Shown here: positions 1 through 9,596 of the stretch, piece by piece
Layout of the letters: each line of letters opens with the position of its first letter
Numbering within the stretch: the stretch's first letter is position 1
DNA from: Candidatus Bathyarchaeota archaeon
Lineage (GTDB): Archaea; Thermoproteota; Bathyarchaeia; Bathyarchaeales; Bathycorpusculaceae
NCBI GenBank assembly: GCA_963815095.1
Contig: CAWFFH010000003.1
Span: 672,001 to 736,000, forward strand
Direction of reading: 5' to 3'
Length of the DNA: 64,000 bases
Notes under the pieces: model-generated
What the model was told of the DNA's origin: nothing
The model's database searches: none
The model's input: the letters and a program-made list of their open reading frames with translations, nothing else
Translations under genes and position numbers: made by a program

Positions 1-2
1 CA

Positions 3-644
3 AGCATCGCTGAAAGTTCCAAAAACAGTGGAACCGCCGCCATCATGATTGGAGGCTCAACATTTGTTTCTGAGAACCATCTTGATGCTGTAGTGAAAGC
101 CATTAAATCCAAAGTAGATATTCCCACTATTCTTTTTCCAAATAACGTAACTGGAATAAGCAGCCACGCAGACGCGATATGGTTTATGTCACTGCTAAAC
201 TCAGTCGACCCCTACTTTCTCATAGGCGCCCAAATCTTGGGAGCTCCCCTCGTTAAAAAGTACGGTTTGGAACCGATCGCGATGGGCTACATTATTGTTG
301 GCGACGGAGGTACAGCAGGCATAGTGGGAAAAGCAATCTCGGTACCTTACAACAAGCCTGAACTTGCAGCAGCTCACGCTCTTGCAGGCCAATACCTTGG
401 AATGCGTTTTATCTATCTTGAGGGCGGTTCTGGAGCGGCAAATCCCGTGCCTCCTGAAATGATTCGCGCCGTTAAGCATTTGATTGACATTCCACTCATC
501 GTTGGAGGGGGCATTAAAACTAGAGAGCAGGCGTTCACCGCAGCTTCAGCTGGTGCAGATATAATTGTTACAGGAAACGTCACTGAATCAAGTGATGCCA
601 ACAAAAGAATCTCTGAAATCATAGCCGCCATAAGAAAACATTAA
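3..644 (+). CDS. Geranylgeranylglyceryl phosphate synthase (5'-partial)
   Basis: Motifs IMIGGST, ILFP, SLLNS, YLEGGSGA, VGGGI and IVTG. The frame is open back to the window edge, so the true start lies upstream. Confidence 0.93.
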   Translation, partial: SIAESSKNSGTAAIMIGGSTFVSENHLDAVVKAIKSKVDIPTILFPNNVTGISSHADAIWFMSLLNSVDPYFLIGAQILGAPLVKKYGLEPIAMGYIIVGDGGTAGIVGKAISVPYNKPELAAAHALAGQYLGMRFIYLEGGSGAANPVPPEMIRAVKHLIDIPLIVGGGIKTREQAFTAASAGADIIVTGNVTESSDANKRISEIIAAIRKH

Positions 645-742
645 AACAAATATTCTCACTTTTAGTTGTTGGAAATATTTTCTTTAGCTTTTAGAAAGCC
701 AAAATAACCCATCACTATATATCTTGCAGGAGAGCTGTCAAC

Positions 743-3700
743 TTGAACATCAGCAAGGGTTATAAAAACTACGTTGAAACTATGGAAAATGAGCTTAAAC
801 GCTTGTATGCCATTAGTGATAACGCCCGATCCAAAGGTTTGGATCCAGCCCTAAAAACAGAATGTATTATAGCACAAGACATCGCTGATTTGGTGGAAGG
901 GTTGGTTGGACCCAAGGGCGTTGCGCTGAGTATCCGGGATTGGAGCACCAAGATGCCCCGGGAAGAAATAGCCTTCAAAGTAGCTGAAGAAATTACTGTT
1001 GGCAAATTTGGTCAAATGGATCCTGAAAGAGCAGCGGAACAGGCGATTCGGACGGCTCTTGCAATTTTTACTGAAGGCTTAACAGCAGCGCCTATTCAAG
1101 GCATCGCGCAAGTTAAAATCAAGACAAATGCTGACAGAACTCGCTATTTGGCAATTTACTTTGCTGGACCGATCCGTTCAGCAGGCGGAACAGACCAAGC
1201 CTTGACTTTAGTCGTGGGGGACTATGTCCGTCTACAGCTGAACTTAGACAAGTATAAACCAACTGAAGACGAAGTCTCCCGCTTCGTCGAAGAACTAAGA
1301 CTCTATGAACGTTCCGTGGGTCGTTTCCAATATCACATACCCGATGAAGAACTCAGAAAAGCCCTAAATCTAATTCCCGTTGAATGCACTGGAACAGAAT
1401 CAGATCCAGTCGAGGTTTCATCCTACCGTAACTTAGAAAGGGTCGAAACTAACCGCGTTAGAGGCGGGGCGCTGAGAGTCGTAAACGATGGAATCGTTGG
1501 ACGCGCACAGAAAGTCTATGTGATAATTGATAAGCTGGGTTTTCAAGGTTGGGAATGGCTCAAAAATTTCAAAAAGAAATCTGAGAAGAAATCGGGCGGT
1601 TTCATGGATGATGTGATTGCAGGGCGACCGATTTTCGCTTTTCCTTCTAGACGCGGTGGATTTCGTCTTAGGTATGGTAGGTCCAGAAACACAGGGCTCT
1701 CAGCTGTAGGTATTCATCCTGCCACGATGCTTGTGGTTGAAAGTTTCCTTGCTGCTGGTACCCAGATGCGTTTGGAGTTGCCCGGGAAAGGCGGTGTTAC
1801 GATGCCTGTGGATAGCATTGAGCAACCTGTGGTATTGCTAAATGATAACTCGGTTGTTCGCGTGTCGCTTGAAAACTATGCTGAGGTTAAGGGTAAAGTC
1901 CAAAAAATCCTGTTTTTGGGTGATATGCTTATAGATTTTGGCGATTTCCTCTATTGCAACAAGGCACTTCCCCCATCTGGGTACGTAGAGGAATGGTGGG
2001 CAAAAGACTTGCAAAACGCTATTCAGGGAAAGTACGGTTCTGACTATCAGAAGGCGGCTCAAGCAGCAAATCTCCTCTTAGATAAGATAGAGAGTTTTGT
2101 GTTGGATCCATTTGCAAACAAGCCAACAGTCAAAGAATCCGTAGCATTGAGTTCAATTTTAGGCATACCTCTTGCTCCCAATTGTACATTATTTTGGGGC
2201 AATCTCTCAAACGTGCAAGAGCTCGAGTTGCTGAGAGAGTGGTTAACAACTTGTGAAGTAACAATAGAAGCCGGTTTTGCGATCAAGATTGTGGGTAAAG
2301 CTAGCGATGCCGCGCTAAGTTCTCTCAGGAAAATATTCGTTCAACACAAAATCGTAGACGGCAAAATCATGCTTGTGAGTGAAGAAGCTGCTGCTTTCGC
2401 GTTCTGTCTTGGTTACGGTAAAACAAAGATTGTTGAAGCAAGTTCTACTCTGGAAATGCTGAGTCTGCTATCAGATGTGCAAGTCAAAGATAAAGCTCCA
2501 ACTTATGTAGGAGGGCGTATGGGTAGACCCGAAAAAGCCAAACACCGCGAAATGAAACCCCTTGTCCATGTGCTTTTTCCAGTCGGTTTGAAAGGAGGTT
2601 CACATCGTGACCTTATGGAGGCGTCACGGCAAGGGCCAGTTTTTGTAGAGTTGGCTAAACGTAAATGCCCCAGCTGTAAAAGCTACACTATTAAAGTAAA
2701 ATGTCCCACCTGCGAATGCGAAACCATTTCTGAGAAGATTTGTCCAAGATGTGGCAGAACGGTGAAAGATGCCGGTTGCCCAACCTGCAAGACAGATGGG
2801 GTTATGTATCAGCGTCAACCCATTAACTTCAAAGAATTAATCGACAACGCTAGCACCAACCTTGGGTATCCGGTGCCTAAAATGTTGCGGGGTGTTAAGG
2901 GTCTAACAAACCTCGACAAGACTCCCGAAAACATAGAAAAGGGTATCTTGCGAGCAAAGCATGGTCTATCTGTCTACAAAGATGGCACCATACGGTTTGA
3001 CGCCACAAATGCCCCATTAACACATATCACGCCAGCTGAAGTGGGAGTCTCCATCGAAAAGATGTATCAAATGGGCTATCTCTCAGATACTCATGGATTG
3101 CCTCTAACAAACCCCAACCAAGTTTGCGAACTAAAAATCCAAGACGTCGTAATTCCATGGCGTGCTGCGGAATACTTTATCCAAATTGCCGCCTTCATCG
3201 ACGACCTCTTAGTACGGGTCTACAAGCAACCTGCATACTATAATGTCAAGAAAGCAGAGGATATGGTTGGTCACTTGCTTTTCGGGTTGGCTCCTCATAC
3301 GTGTGCATGCATTTTGGGAAGAGTTGTTGGTTTTACTGACCGCAACGTGATTTATGCCCATCCCATTTGGCATTCGGCAAAGCGTCGGGATTGCGACGGC
3401 GACGAAGACGCCATCATGTTGGGGTTGGATACACTCCTTAATTTTTCAAGAGTATTTTTGCCTGCGCAAATAGGCGGGATCATGGATGCACCCATTCTGC
3501 TGATTCCCTTCGTAAATACTAAAGAGGTACAAAGGCAAGCCCACGACTTTGACGTCAGCGCCACCTATCCGATCGAGTTTTATAATAAAACTTTAGAGAA
3601 ATATGATCCTAGACCCGCCAGCGCCATGATGGATGTAATCAGCCACAGATTGGGCACGGAAGCCCAGTTTGAAGGCTTCCAATATACCACCCCCTGCACA

Positions 3701-4144
3701 AGTATCAATCTTGGCAACGCCAACAGCTCCTACAAGGAATTCAAATCTATGATAGATAAGCTGCATATGCAATTAGAGTTGGGTGAAAAGATTGATGCCG
3801 TCGATGCTAGACGTGTAGCGCTGAAAGTTTTGAATACACATTTTATGCGTGACATTGCCGGTAACTTGCGTGCCTTCTCAACGCAGGGGTTCCGCTGCAA
3901 GTCATGCAACAAAAAGTTTCGCCGATTGCCCCTCAAAGGAAAATGCCCGTCCTGCGATGGAAAACTAACACTTACTGTTTACCGTGGCGGCATTGAAAAG
4001 TACCTTGTTGCAGCGCAGGAACTAGTCGATAAATATGGTTTGCCAAAATACTATACACAGCGCATGGACTTAATCAAAGAAGAGATAGCTACGATGTTCG
4101 ATAATAAAAAGCCAAAACAAGCCAAGCTTTTCGATTTTAATTAG
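743..4144 (+). CDS. polC: DNA polymerase II (PolD) large subunit DP2
   Basis: YFAGPIRSAGGT, GFRLRYGRSRNTG, catalytic KRRDCDGDED, Zn fingers and a C-terminal PIP-like QAKLFDF. TTG start, no intein. Confidence 0.98.
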   Translation: MNISKGYKNYVETMENELKRLYAISDNARSKGLDPALKTECIIAQDIADLVEGLVGPKGVALSIRDWSTKMPREEIAFKVAEEITVGKFGQMDPERAAEQAIRTALAIFTEGLTAAPIQGIAQVKIKTNADRTRYLAIYFAGPIRSAGGTDQALTLVVGDYVRLQLNLDKYKPTEDEVSRFVEELRLYERSVGRFQYHIPDEELRKALNLIPVECTGTESDPVEVSSYRNLERVETNRVRGGALRVVNDGIVGRAQKVYVIIDKLGFQGWEWLKNFKKKSEKKSGGFMDDVIAGRPIFAFPSRRGGFRLRYGRSRNTGLSAVGIHPATMLVVESFLAAGTQMRLELPGKGGVTMPVDSIEQPVVLLNDNSVVRVSLENYAEVKGKVQKILFLGDMLIDFGDFLYCNKALPPSGYVEEWWAKDLQNAIQGKYGSDYQKAAQAANLLLDKIESFVLDPFANKPTVKESVALSSILGIPLAPNCTLFWGNLSNVQELELLREWLTTCEVTIEAGFAIKIVGKASDAALSSLRKIFVQHKIVDGKIMLVSEEAAAFAFCLGYGKTKIVEASSTLEMLSLLSDVQVKDKAPTYVGGRMGRPEKAKHREMKPLVHVLFPVGLKGGSHRDLMEASRQGPVFVELAKRKCPSCKSYTIKVKCPTCECETISEKICPRCGRTVKDAGCPTCKTDGVMYQRQPINFKELIDNASTNLGYPVPKMLRGVKGLTNLDKTPENIEKGILRAKHGLSVYKDGTIRFDATNAPLTHITPAEVGVSIEKMYQMGYLSDTHGLPLTNPNQVCELKIQDVVIPWRAAEYFIQIAAFIDDLLVRVYKQPAYYNVKKAEDMVGHLLFGLAPHTCACILGRVVGFTDRNVIYAHPIWHSAKRRDCDGDEDAIMLGLDTLLNFSRVFLPAQIGGIMDAPILLIPFVNTKEVQRQAHDFDVSATYPIEFYNKTLEKYDPRPASAMMDVISHRLGTEAQFEGFQYTTPCTSINLGNANSSYKEFKSMIDKLHMQLELGEKIDAVDARRVALKVLNTHFMRDIAGNLRAFSTQGFRCKSCNKKFRRLPLKGKCPSCDGKLTLTVYRGGIEKYLVAAQELVDKYGLPKYYTQRMDLIKEEIATMFDNKKPKQAKLFDFN

Positions 4145-4182
4145 ACTAAAGCTTTTCAAGGTAAACCTCATTTTATCTATCG

Positions 4183-4455
4183 GTGGAAGAGAGCATAAAA
4201 CAAACTATGCATCCTAATGCTTACTTAAAAAACATCAGAAACGTAAAAAGCGGTCTTATGGCTCGAACAAAAATCTTAACTTTACTTGAAAAACAGGCTT
4301 TTAACGCTTCCAAGATTGCTATGGAATCCTCAATGTCTTATGGTGTTGTGATGTATCATCTTAAGTTGCTGAAAAACGAGGGCACAATAGAGAGTAGAGG
4401 AATTAGGCGGTATATTTGGTTAGCGACAGGTTTAGGGCAGAAACGCCTCAGCTAG
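4183..4455 (+). CDS. Small winged helix-turn-helix protein (ArsR-like)
   Basis: RTKILTLL...ASKIA...SYGVVMYHLKLLKNEG HTH pattern. Confidence 0.75.
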   Translation: MEESIKQTMHPNAYLKNIRNVKSGLMARTKILTLLEKQAFNASKIAMESSMSYGVVMYHLKLLKNEGTIESRGIRRYIWLATGLGQKRLS

Positions 4456-4739
4456 AAAGTGCATTGACATGGTGAGCTTTGACATTTCGGGCATTTGTGG
4501 TTGTACTTGTTAAGGGCAGCTTTTTCAAGATCGATTCCCTTAATGTTGGCAAGGGAAGCAAGCCAAGCAATAACGTCAGCAAATTCCTTTTCAGTTGCTT
4601 CTCTATCATTTCCCTTTAACTCTTCCCCAAGCTCGGCGATTTCATCGACAAGCCAATTGAAAGTTCCATTCACTCCACGCTCGGAATCTCTTTCGAAGTA
4701 TAGATGCTTCATCATTTCTTGGAATTCATGGATTTGCAT
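4452..4739 (-). CDS. MazG-like nucleotide pyrophosphohydrolase
   Basis: WLVDEIAELGEE...EFADVIAWLASLAN motif with a C-terminal CPKC...PCQC. Confidence 0.88.
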   Translation of the reverse strand: MQIHEFQEMMKHLYFERDSERGVNGTFNWLVDEIAELGEELKGNDREATEKEFADVIAWLASLANIKGIDLEKAALNKYNHKCPKCQSSPCQCTF

Positions 4740-4891
4740 AAGTTTTTTCCTGCTTAGGTTTGTTGCTTGCGTACTTTAAACTTGATGTTACTTTGAAAAT
4801 TTCAGGTTTATATGTTTAGGATTTGGCACAAGATTAATTAGTCCAAGAGAAATATTAGGCATGTATCACCTTAACTCGGTAGGAATATCTG

Positions 4892-5062
4892 ATGAGTGGA
4901 AGAAGGAAAAAGAAAGATACAGGACCAATGCCTGCTGCAAGTGCAGGTTTGCTGAGGTTCTTTGAAGAAGAGACCGAAGGAGTCAAAATCAGACCTGAAC
5001 TACTCGTAGTTTTTGCTGTTTCACTAATAGTTATATCTGTTTTGGCAAAAGTATTCTTCTAA
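4892..5062 (+). CDS. secG: Preprotein translocase subunit Sec61beta (not in ORF track)
   Basis: Hand translation MSGRRKKKDTGPMPAASAGLLRFFEEETEGVKIRPELLVVFAVSLIVISVLAKVFF. Contains the SAGLLRFF motif and a C-terminal TM helix. Confidence 0.93.
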   Translation: MSGRRKKKDTGPMPAASAGLLRFFEEETEGVKIRPELLVVFAVSLIVISVLAKVFF

Positions 5063-5076
5063 AAAAAATCTTTTCT

Positions 5077-5367
5077 TTAGCGTCTTGGCGTCGTAGCGTG
5101 CAAGACTTCTATTCTTTGAACCGAGTTTAAGTGCAGAAATAATTCGCTTCTTTCTTCTCGGCTTGCAACTTGTGGAATAGGTTGCGCAATAGTTGATCTT
5201 AATACAATTGCTTCAGCGTCGGAGAGCCAAATTCCTGACGGTTCATGAGTCACCGCGGTTAAGGTGCCTTCAAAGCCGTAAGAAGGGTCTAAGATTATTC
5301 TGATTTTTTTGCCCACGTTTCTCTCGAGCATATGAAAAATTGACGGGGGCAAGTCTTGATCTGGCAT
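5077..5367 (-). CDS. Divergent Sm/Lsm-fold protein
   Basis: N-terminal helix, then VGKKIRIIL...FEGTL...IWLSDAE...LFLHLNSVQRIEV, resembling Sm1/Sm2 motifs. Confidence 0.55.
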   Translation of the reverse strand: MPDQDLPPSIFHMLERNVGKKIRIILDPSYGFEGTLTAVTHEPSGIWLSDAEAIVLRSTIAQPIPQVASREERSELFLHLNSVQRIEVLHATTPRR

Positions 5368-5600
5368 AAGCTTCGCAAATTAATATGATTGTGGCTCTGA
5401 AGATAAAACAGTTCCCTTGCAGTTGCATGTTGTTTTCTAAGTTATAATCTAAAAAGGTCTAAGTATCCTCTTTGTCCTTAACCTTCTTTATGCAAAAAAC
5501 AGCATTTGACATTTTTATGTTAAACAAATAAATGTCTTTTGTGTTCACTGCAGTACCCTCAAGTTAGCTAAATTTTAATAGGGCTAACTAATCTCATAGT

Positions 5601-7418
5601 TTGACACTTATGGCGAAAGAGAGCTCTTTAACTCATTCCATGGAAAGTGCAACCAAACATTATTCTTCCATGTTCTTCCTTCCATCCTACCGAACAGCCC
5701 TTATAGGAGTCGCCTCAACCTGCATCATTGCAGTCAACCTCGTCACCTTCCTGCTTTTTCCTGCATGGACCACCTTAGCACTTGGAATTTCCCTCTTTGT
5801 GGTAACCTATGTAACCGACACAATTGTGAGTAAATCACTGTTGAAAAGCGACCCCATCTTTTCAATGAGACGGACGCTTGTCTTGTCTTTGGTGTGCTGG
5901 GTAATCTGGCTGGTTTTCATCGTTTTAGGCGTTGGCTTAAGTTTCGAGTTTGGTTGGATTATCTGGGTCAAACTTACCCTTTTGGGGTTCGCAGCAGTTT
6001 TAACTCTTCGATTCCTCGCTTTTAACGCGACTTCTTCGGCGCCCAAATGGCGACAATTGCTCTCTGTCTTGTTTGGACCTGCTCTATCTATAGTGGTGTT
6101 TGTCGTTTTCTGGATAGGTATTTCGAATACAATAGTCCTGCAAGTGTTGCCCTTTATCACGATATCTCCAATAATCGGTTATGTCGCCGTGTATTTGCTA
6201 CTTTTCTCCATCGATCGTTTAGGCAGAAAAATCTACTCTCTGCCTGCCCTACCTCTGTTTAGAGCCTTTTTACTCAACTGGGTCGCTGATCAAAATGAAC
6301 CCCTCGAAAAGCACCTTGAGGTAATGGGTGTTGACGCAGACATTGAAGTGACTTTGCTAAAGTTTGATGCCTCTAATCCTAAAGCAGCAATTATCGTTCC
6401 ACAAGTTCATCCCGGACCCTTCAAGAATATCGGAAGTAGCCTTCTGCCTTCGCTGATGAAGAAAGGATACGAGTGCGAATTCGCATGCGACGCCTGTGTT
6501 CCCTTAGGTATCTTGGGACATGAACTGGACTTAGCTTCGCAAGCACAGAACAACAAAATAATAGTTCAAACAATAGATTCCGCCAAGTTTAAAGCCCAAG
6601 ACTCGTCGGCGTCCCCTCTTGTCCGAGTCAAAGAAGGCACAGCCACGGCCTCTTGCCAGATTTTCGGTGATACTGCATTCCTCTCTTTTTCGCTGGCCCC
6701 CAACACAACAGAAGATTTACCCCAAGAGTTAGGGCGCATCGTAAGCGAAGAAGCAAAAAAGCTTGGACTAAAAAATGCAATGGTGGTGAACACTCACAAC
6801 TGCTTAACCCCAATTATCGATACGGCTGAACACCTCGAAGAACTGAAGATGGCGGCCTCAAAATGCCTCCAAAAAGTCATTGCGTTACCAACTAAACCCT
6901 TCAGTGTCGGTTCAGCAACGGTTTTTCCAACTGAATTTAACCTTAAAGGTGGCATGGGTGCAGGCGGAATCACCGCTATAGTGGTTGAAGTGGAAAACCA
7001 GAAAACTGCCTACATAGTCATCGACGGCAATAACATGATTCCTGGGTTGCGGGAAACGATTCTTGAATCTTTAGCTGGATTAGGCTTTGATTCAAGCGAG
7101 ATCTTCACAACTGACACTCATTCGGTGACTGCATCGGTTACAGGGCGACGTGGCTATCACCCCGTAGGCGAAGTCATGGAGCACAAACTGTTAATCAACT
7201 ACATCGTTCAGGTAGCGACGAAGGCTGAAGCAAACTTGGAAATATCGCGTGCGGGTTACCTTCATTTTACCGTTCCGCAGGTCAGAGTTATCGGCGAGGA
7301 ACGCTTAAAGTCAGTGACCACCCTAATAGACAAAGCAATCATAAAGGCAAAACATGTGGTGTTTCCAGTCTTTGGAATAGAAGGCTTACTGCTTATTCTG
7401 CTGCTTCTACTTTTTTGA
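5601..7418 (+). CDS. DUF2070-family membrane protein
   Basis: N-terminal multi-TM region, then HPGPF, HELD, NTHN, DGNN and TTDTH motifs. Confidence 0.85.
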   Translation: MTLMAKESSLTHSMESATKHYSSMFFLPSYRTALIGVASTCIIAVNLVTFLLFPAWTTLALGISLFVVTYVTDTIVSKSLLKSDPIFSMRRTLVLSLVCWVIWLVFIVLGVGLSFEFGWIIWVKLTLLGFAAVLTLRFLAFNATSSAPKWRQLLSVLFGPALSIVVFVVFWIGISNTIVLQVLPFITISPIIGYVAVYLLLFSIDRLGRKIYSLPALPLFRAFLLNWVADQNEPLEKHLEVMGVDADIEVTLLKFDASNPKAAIIVPQVHPGPFKNIGSSLLPSLMKKGYECEFACDACVPLGILGHELDLASQAQNNKIIVQTIDSAKFKAQDSSASPLVRVKEGTATASCQIFGDTAFLSFSLAPNTTEDLPQELGRIVSEEAKKLGLKNAMVVNTHNCLTPIIDTAEHLEELKMAASKCLQKVIALPTKPFSVGSATVFPTEFNLKGGMGAGGITAIVVEVENQKTAYIVIDGNNMIPGLRETILESLAGLGFDSSEIFTTDTHSVTASVTGRRGYHPVGEVMEHKLLINYIVQVATKAEANLEISRAGYLHFTVPQVRVIGEERLKSVTTLIDKAIIKAKHVVFPVFGIEGLLLILLLLLF

Positions 7419-7425
7419 TCTTAAA

Positions 7426-7968
7426 CTATTTTTTTATTGGTCTTTTCGGTTTTCTCTTCAGTTCGGTGCCGCAGACGAGGCATTCCTTGAATTTAGAGTC
7501 AGCTGAATACTCTTTGTAGCAAGCTGGGCAGTAACGTACCCACTCCAGAAGTCGTTTAATTCCCAAAGTCGCTAGTGATAGAAATTCGATACCCATTTGG
7601 GTGGCTACGTTTTGGATAGAGTAGTCATCGGTGACAATTTGAGGCGAATACCCTGCATCTTTGAGTTCCACAGCTAAGGCCAAAAGTTGCTTGTCGGTTT
7701 CTGATAACTTGAATGAGTCTCCTACCTTATTGGAGGATACTTTAGCTTTAGCTGCGAATTCTTGAGAAGGCGCTTTAACTTTGAGTTTGCCGCTTTCGAT
7801 AGCCATTTCTAAGCGCATCTTAACCATCGAGTTTCGACGGATTTCTTCCTCAACCTTGGGCACTGTGAACTGTTCGTCGCCTAAGGCGAAAGAATCAAAC
7901 CCTGCGACAAACGCCGACGTATCTAAAACAACCGCGCGCTTACAGGTTTTGTCTGGATGGCTACTCAT
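7426..7968 (-). CDS. nob1: NOB1-family PIN endonuclease (rRNA maturation)
   Basis: VVLDTSAF, LSETD and TDDYSIQNVA, plus a C-terminal CPAC...CLVCG Zn ribbon. Confidence 0.92.
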   Translation of the reverse strand: MSSHPDKTCKRAVVLDTSAFVAGFDSFALGDEQFTVPKVEEEIRRNSMVKMRLEMAIESGKLKVKAPSQEFAAKAKVSSNKVGDSFKLSETDKQLLALAVELKDAGYSPQIVTDDYSIQNVATQMGIEFLSLATLGIKRLLEWVRYCPACYKEYSADSKFKECLVCGTELKRKPKRPIKK

Positions 7969-8813
7969 TCCGTTCCCTTGAAAAGCAACCTGTTACGTAA
8001 CCTATCATAGAAGCCGGTTTCAAACCGGATGAATGAAGTTACGTTCTTTGATTTTGTTATTTTCACTGAAGGCTCATCTTCAGTTAAGAGTTTTCGATAG
8101 TTTCCATCAATTAAAACAAACAAGTTATTTGGCCTAAGAGCATTGAGGGTTATAGCACAGTCGGCAGGAAATACAAGCGAATGGAACACTGTTAGTGAAC
8201 AGATTGGCGTTATAACAAAAGCATTTACTTCGCTGTCCAAAACTGGTCCACCTGCCGAGAGATTGTACCCTGTGGAACCCGTTGGAGTAGCAACTATTAA
8301 TCCGTCAGCCTGACACTTTAAAATCGGCTTATCTTCCTTACGTATTTCTGCATAAAGAATTTTTGACGGTTCACCAGTCGAAATTACCACGTCGTTAAGA
8401 GCGTCAGGCAATGTTTCTTCACCAGCTATCACACATAACTTGGTGCATTTTTCAATTTTATAATCATTATTTAGGATTCGCTCAATAGCTTCAATGGCGT
8501 TCTCAGGTTCTACTTCTGTAAGGAACCCTCTTACACCCATGTTGACAGCTAAAATAGGCGGTTCAGGCTTGGGCACCGTTATGGCTGTTCGAAGTATGGT
8601 TCCATCCCCACCGATAGTGATTATGAAATCAGTTTTCATATCTGAGAGAGGAACAAAATCACGAGGAAGTATTAGCTTGTCGTTGAGGCTATCTTCTATG
8701 TAAACCTTCAAGCCTTTCTCGGTGAGGTAGTCCGCAAGTTTTTCAGCAAGCTTCAAAGCTGCTTTTTGATCGAAGCGTGCAACCAAACCTACGGTTTTGA
8801 ACACTTTTTCCAC
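7965..8813 (-). CDS. nadK: NAD(+) kinase
   Basis: GGDGT, ALND and DGLIVATPTGSTGYNLSAGGP. Confidence 0.95.
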   Translation of the reverse strand: MEKVFKTVGLVARFDQKAALKLAEKLADYLTEKGLKVYIEDSLNDKLILPRDFVPLSDMKTDFIITIGGDGTILRTAITVPKPEPPILAVNMGVRGFLTEVEPENAIEAIERILNNDYKIEKCTKLCVIAGEETLPDALNDVVISTGEPSKILYAEIRKEDKPILKCQADGLIVATPTGSTGYNLSAGGPVLDSEVNAFVITPICSLTVFHSLVFPADCAITLNALRPNNLFVLIDGNYRKLLTEDEPSVKITKSKNVTSFIRFETGFYDRLRNRLLFKGTE

Positions 8814-8896
8814 CGCTCATTTACTAGCGTAAACCTTAATCTATATATGGGTGTTGTTCAGAATTGCATTGAATAGAACTATACTGTGGTGAGCGC

Positions 8897-9289
8897 ATGA
8901 GTAAACCAGTAGATGTTGGAGAATTACGCGTTGGCGGCTACATGATGATTGAGGGCGAACCATGCCGCATAGTTGACATCGCTAAATCTAAACCTGGAAA
9001 ACACGGATCAGCAAAAGCAAGAATCGTCGCAATCGGAGTCTTTGACGGCCAAAAACGACAATTCGTAAAACCCGTAGATCTCGGAGCAGAAGTTCCAATA
9101 ATTGATAAAAGAGCCGGTCAAGTCTTCGCTATTAATCCTACAGGCGTACAAATAATGGACTTAGAAACCTACGAGTACTTGGATGCACCGTTCCCAGATG
9201 AGCCAGAATTGAAAGCCAAGCTTGTTGCAGGCGCAGAAATTGAGTATTGGGCAATACTTGGTAAAGTAAAGATTGTCCGTGTAAAATAA
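8897..9289 (+). CDS. eif5a: Translation initiation factor aIF-5A
   Basis: Hypusine-site motif SKPGKHGSAK. Confidence 0.97.
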   Translation: MSKPVDVGELRVGGYMMIEGEPCRIVDIAKSKPGKHGSAKARIVAIGVFDGQKRQFVKPVDLGAEVPIIDKRAGQVFAINPTGVQIMDLETYEYLDAPFPDEPELKAKLVAGAEIEYWAILGKVKIVRVK

Positions 9290-9435
9290 TCAACAACTAT
9301 TTTCTTATCTTTGTTTTCTTTTAAAAATAATGCAATTAACGATCCTGACTTTATTCTACGGATATGCCTATTGTTCTTGTGTTGTTTTAAGATTTTCCGT
9401 TAAAGTTTATGTTCTAGCTTGGAGCTTTTTTGCTG

Positions 9436-9503
9436 TGAAGCCAATGATGCATGAAGAGCCGTCTGAATTGTGAAGAATATTTTAATGGGGAACTGAGGCT
9501 TCA
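9436..9503 (+). ncRNA. Box C/D 2'-O-methylation guide sRNA
   Basis: 7-bp terminal stem TGAAGCC (9436-9442)/GGCTTCA (9497-9503). Box C ATGATGC 9444-9450, D' CTGA 9463-9466, C' GTGAAGA 9470-9476, D CTGA 9493-9496. Guides of 12 and 16 nt. Intergenic. Confidence 0.85.
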
Positions 9504-9596
9504 AACTAATCGATCAGAAATTAACCTGTATTGTTAGGTTTTACGCTGTAATCTTTATTTAAAAGAACAATAGAATGTTTAACGCTGGAGACTCTG

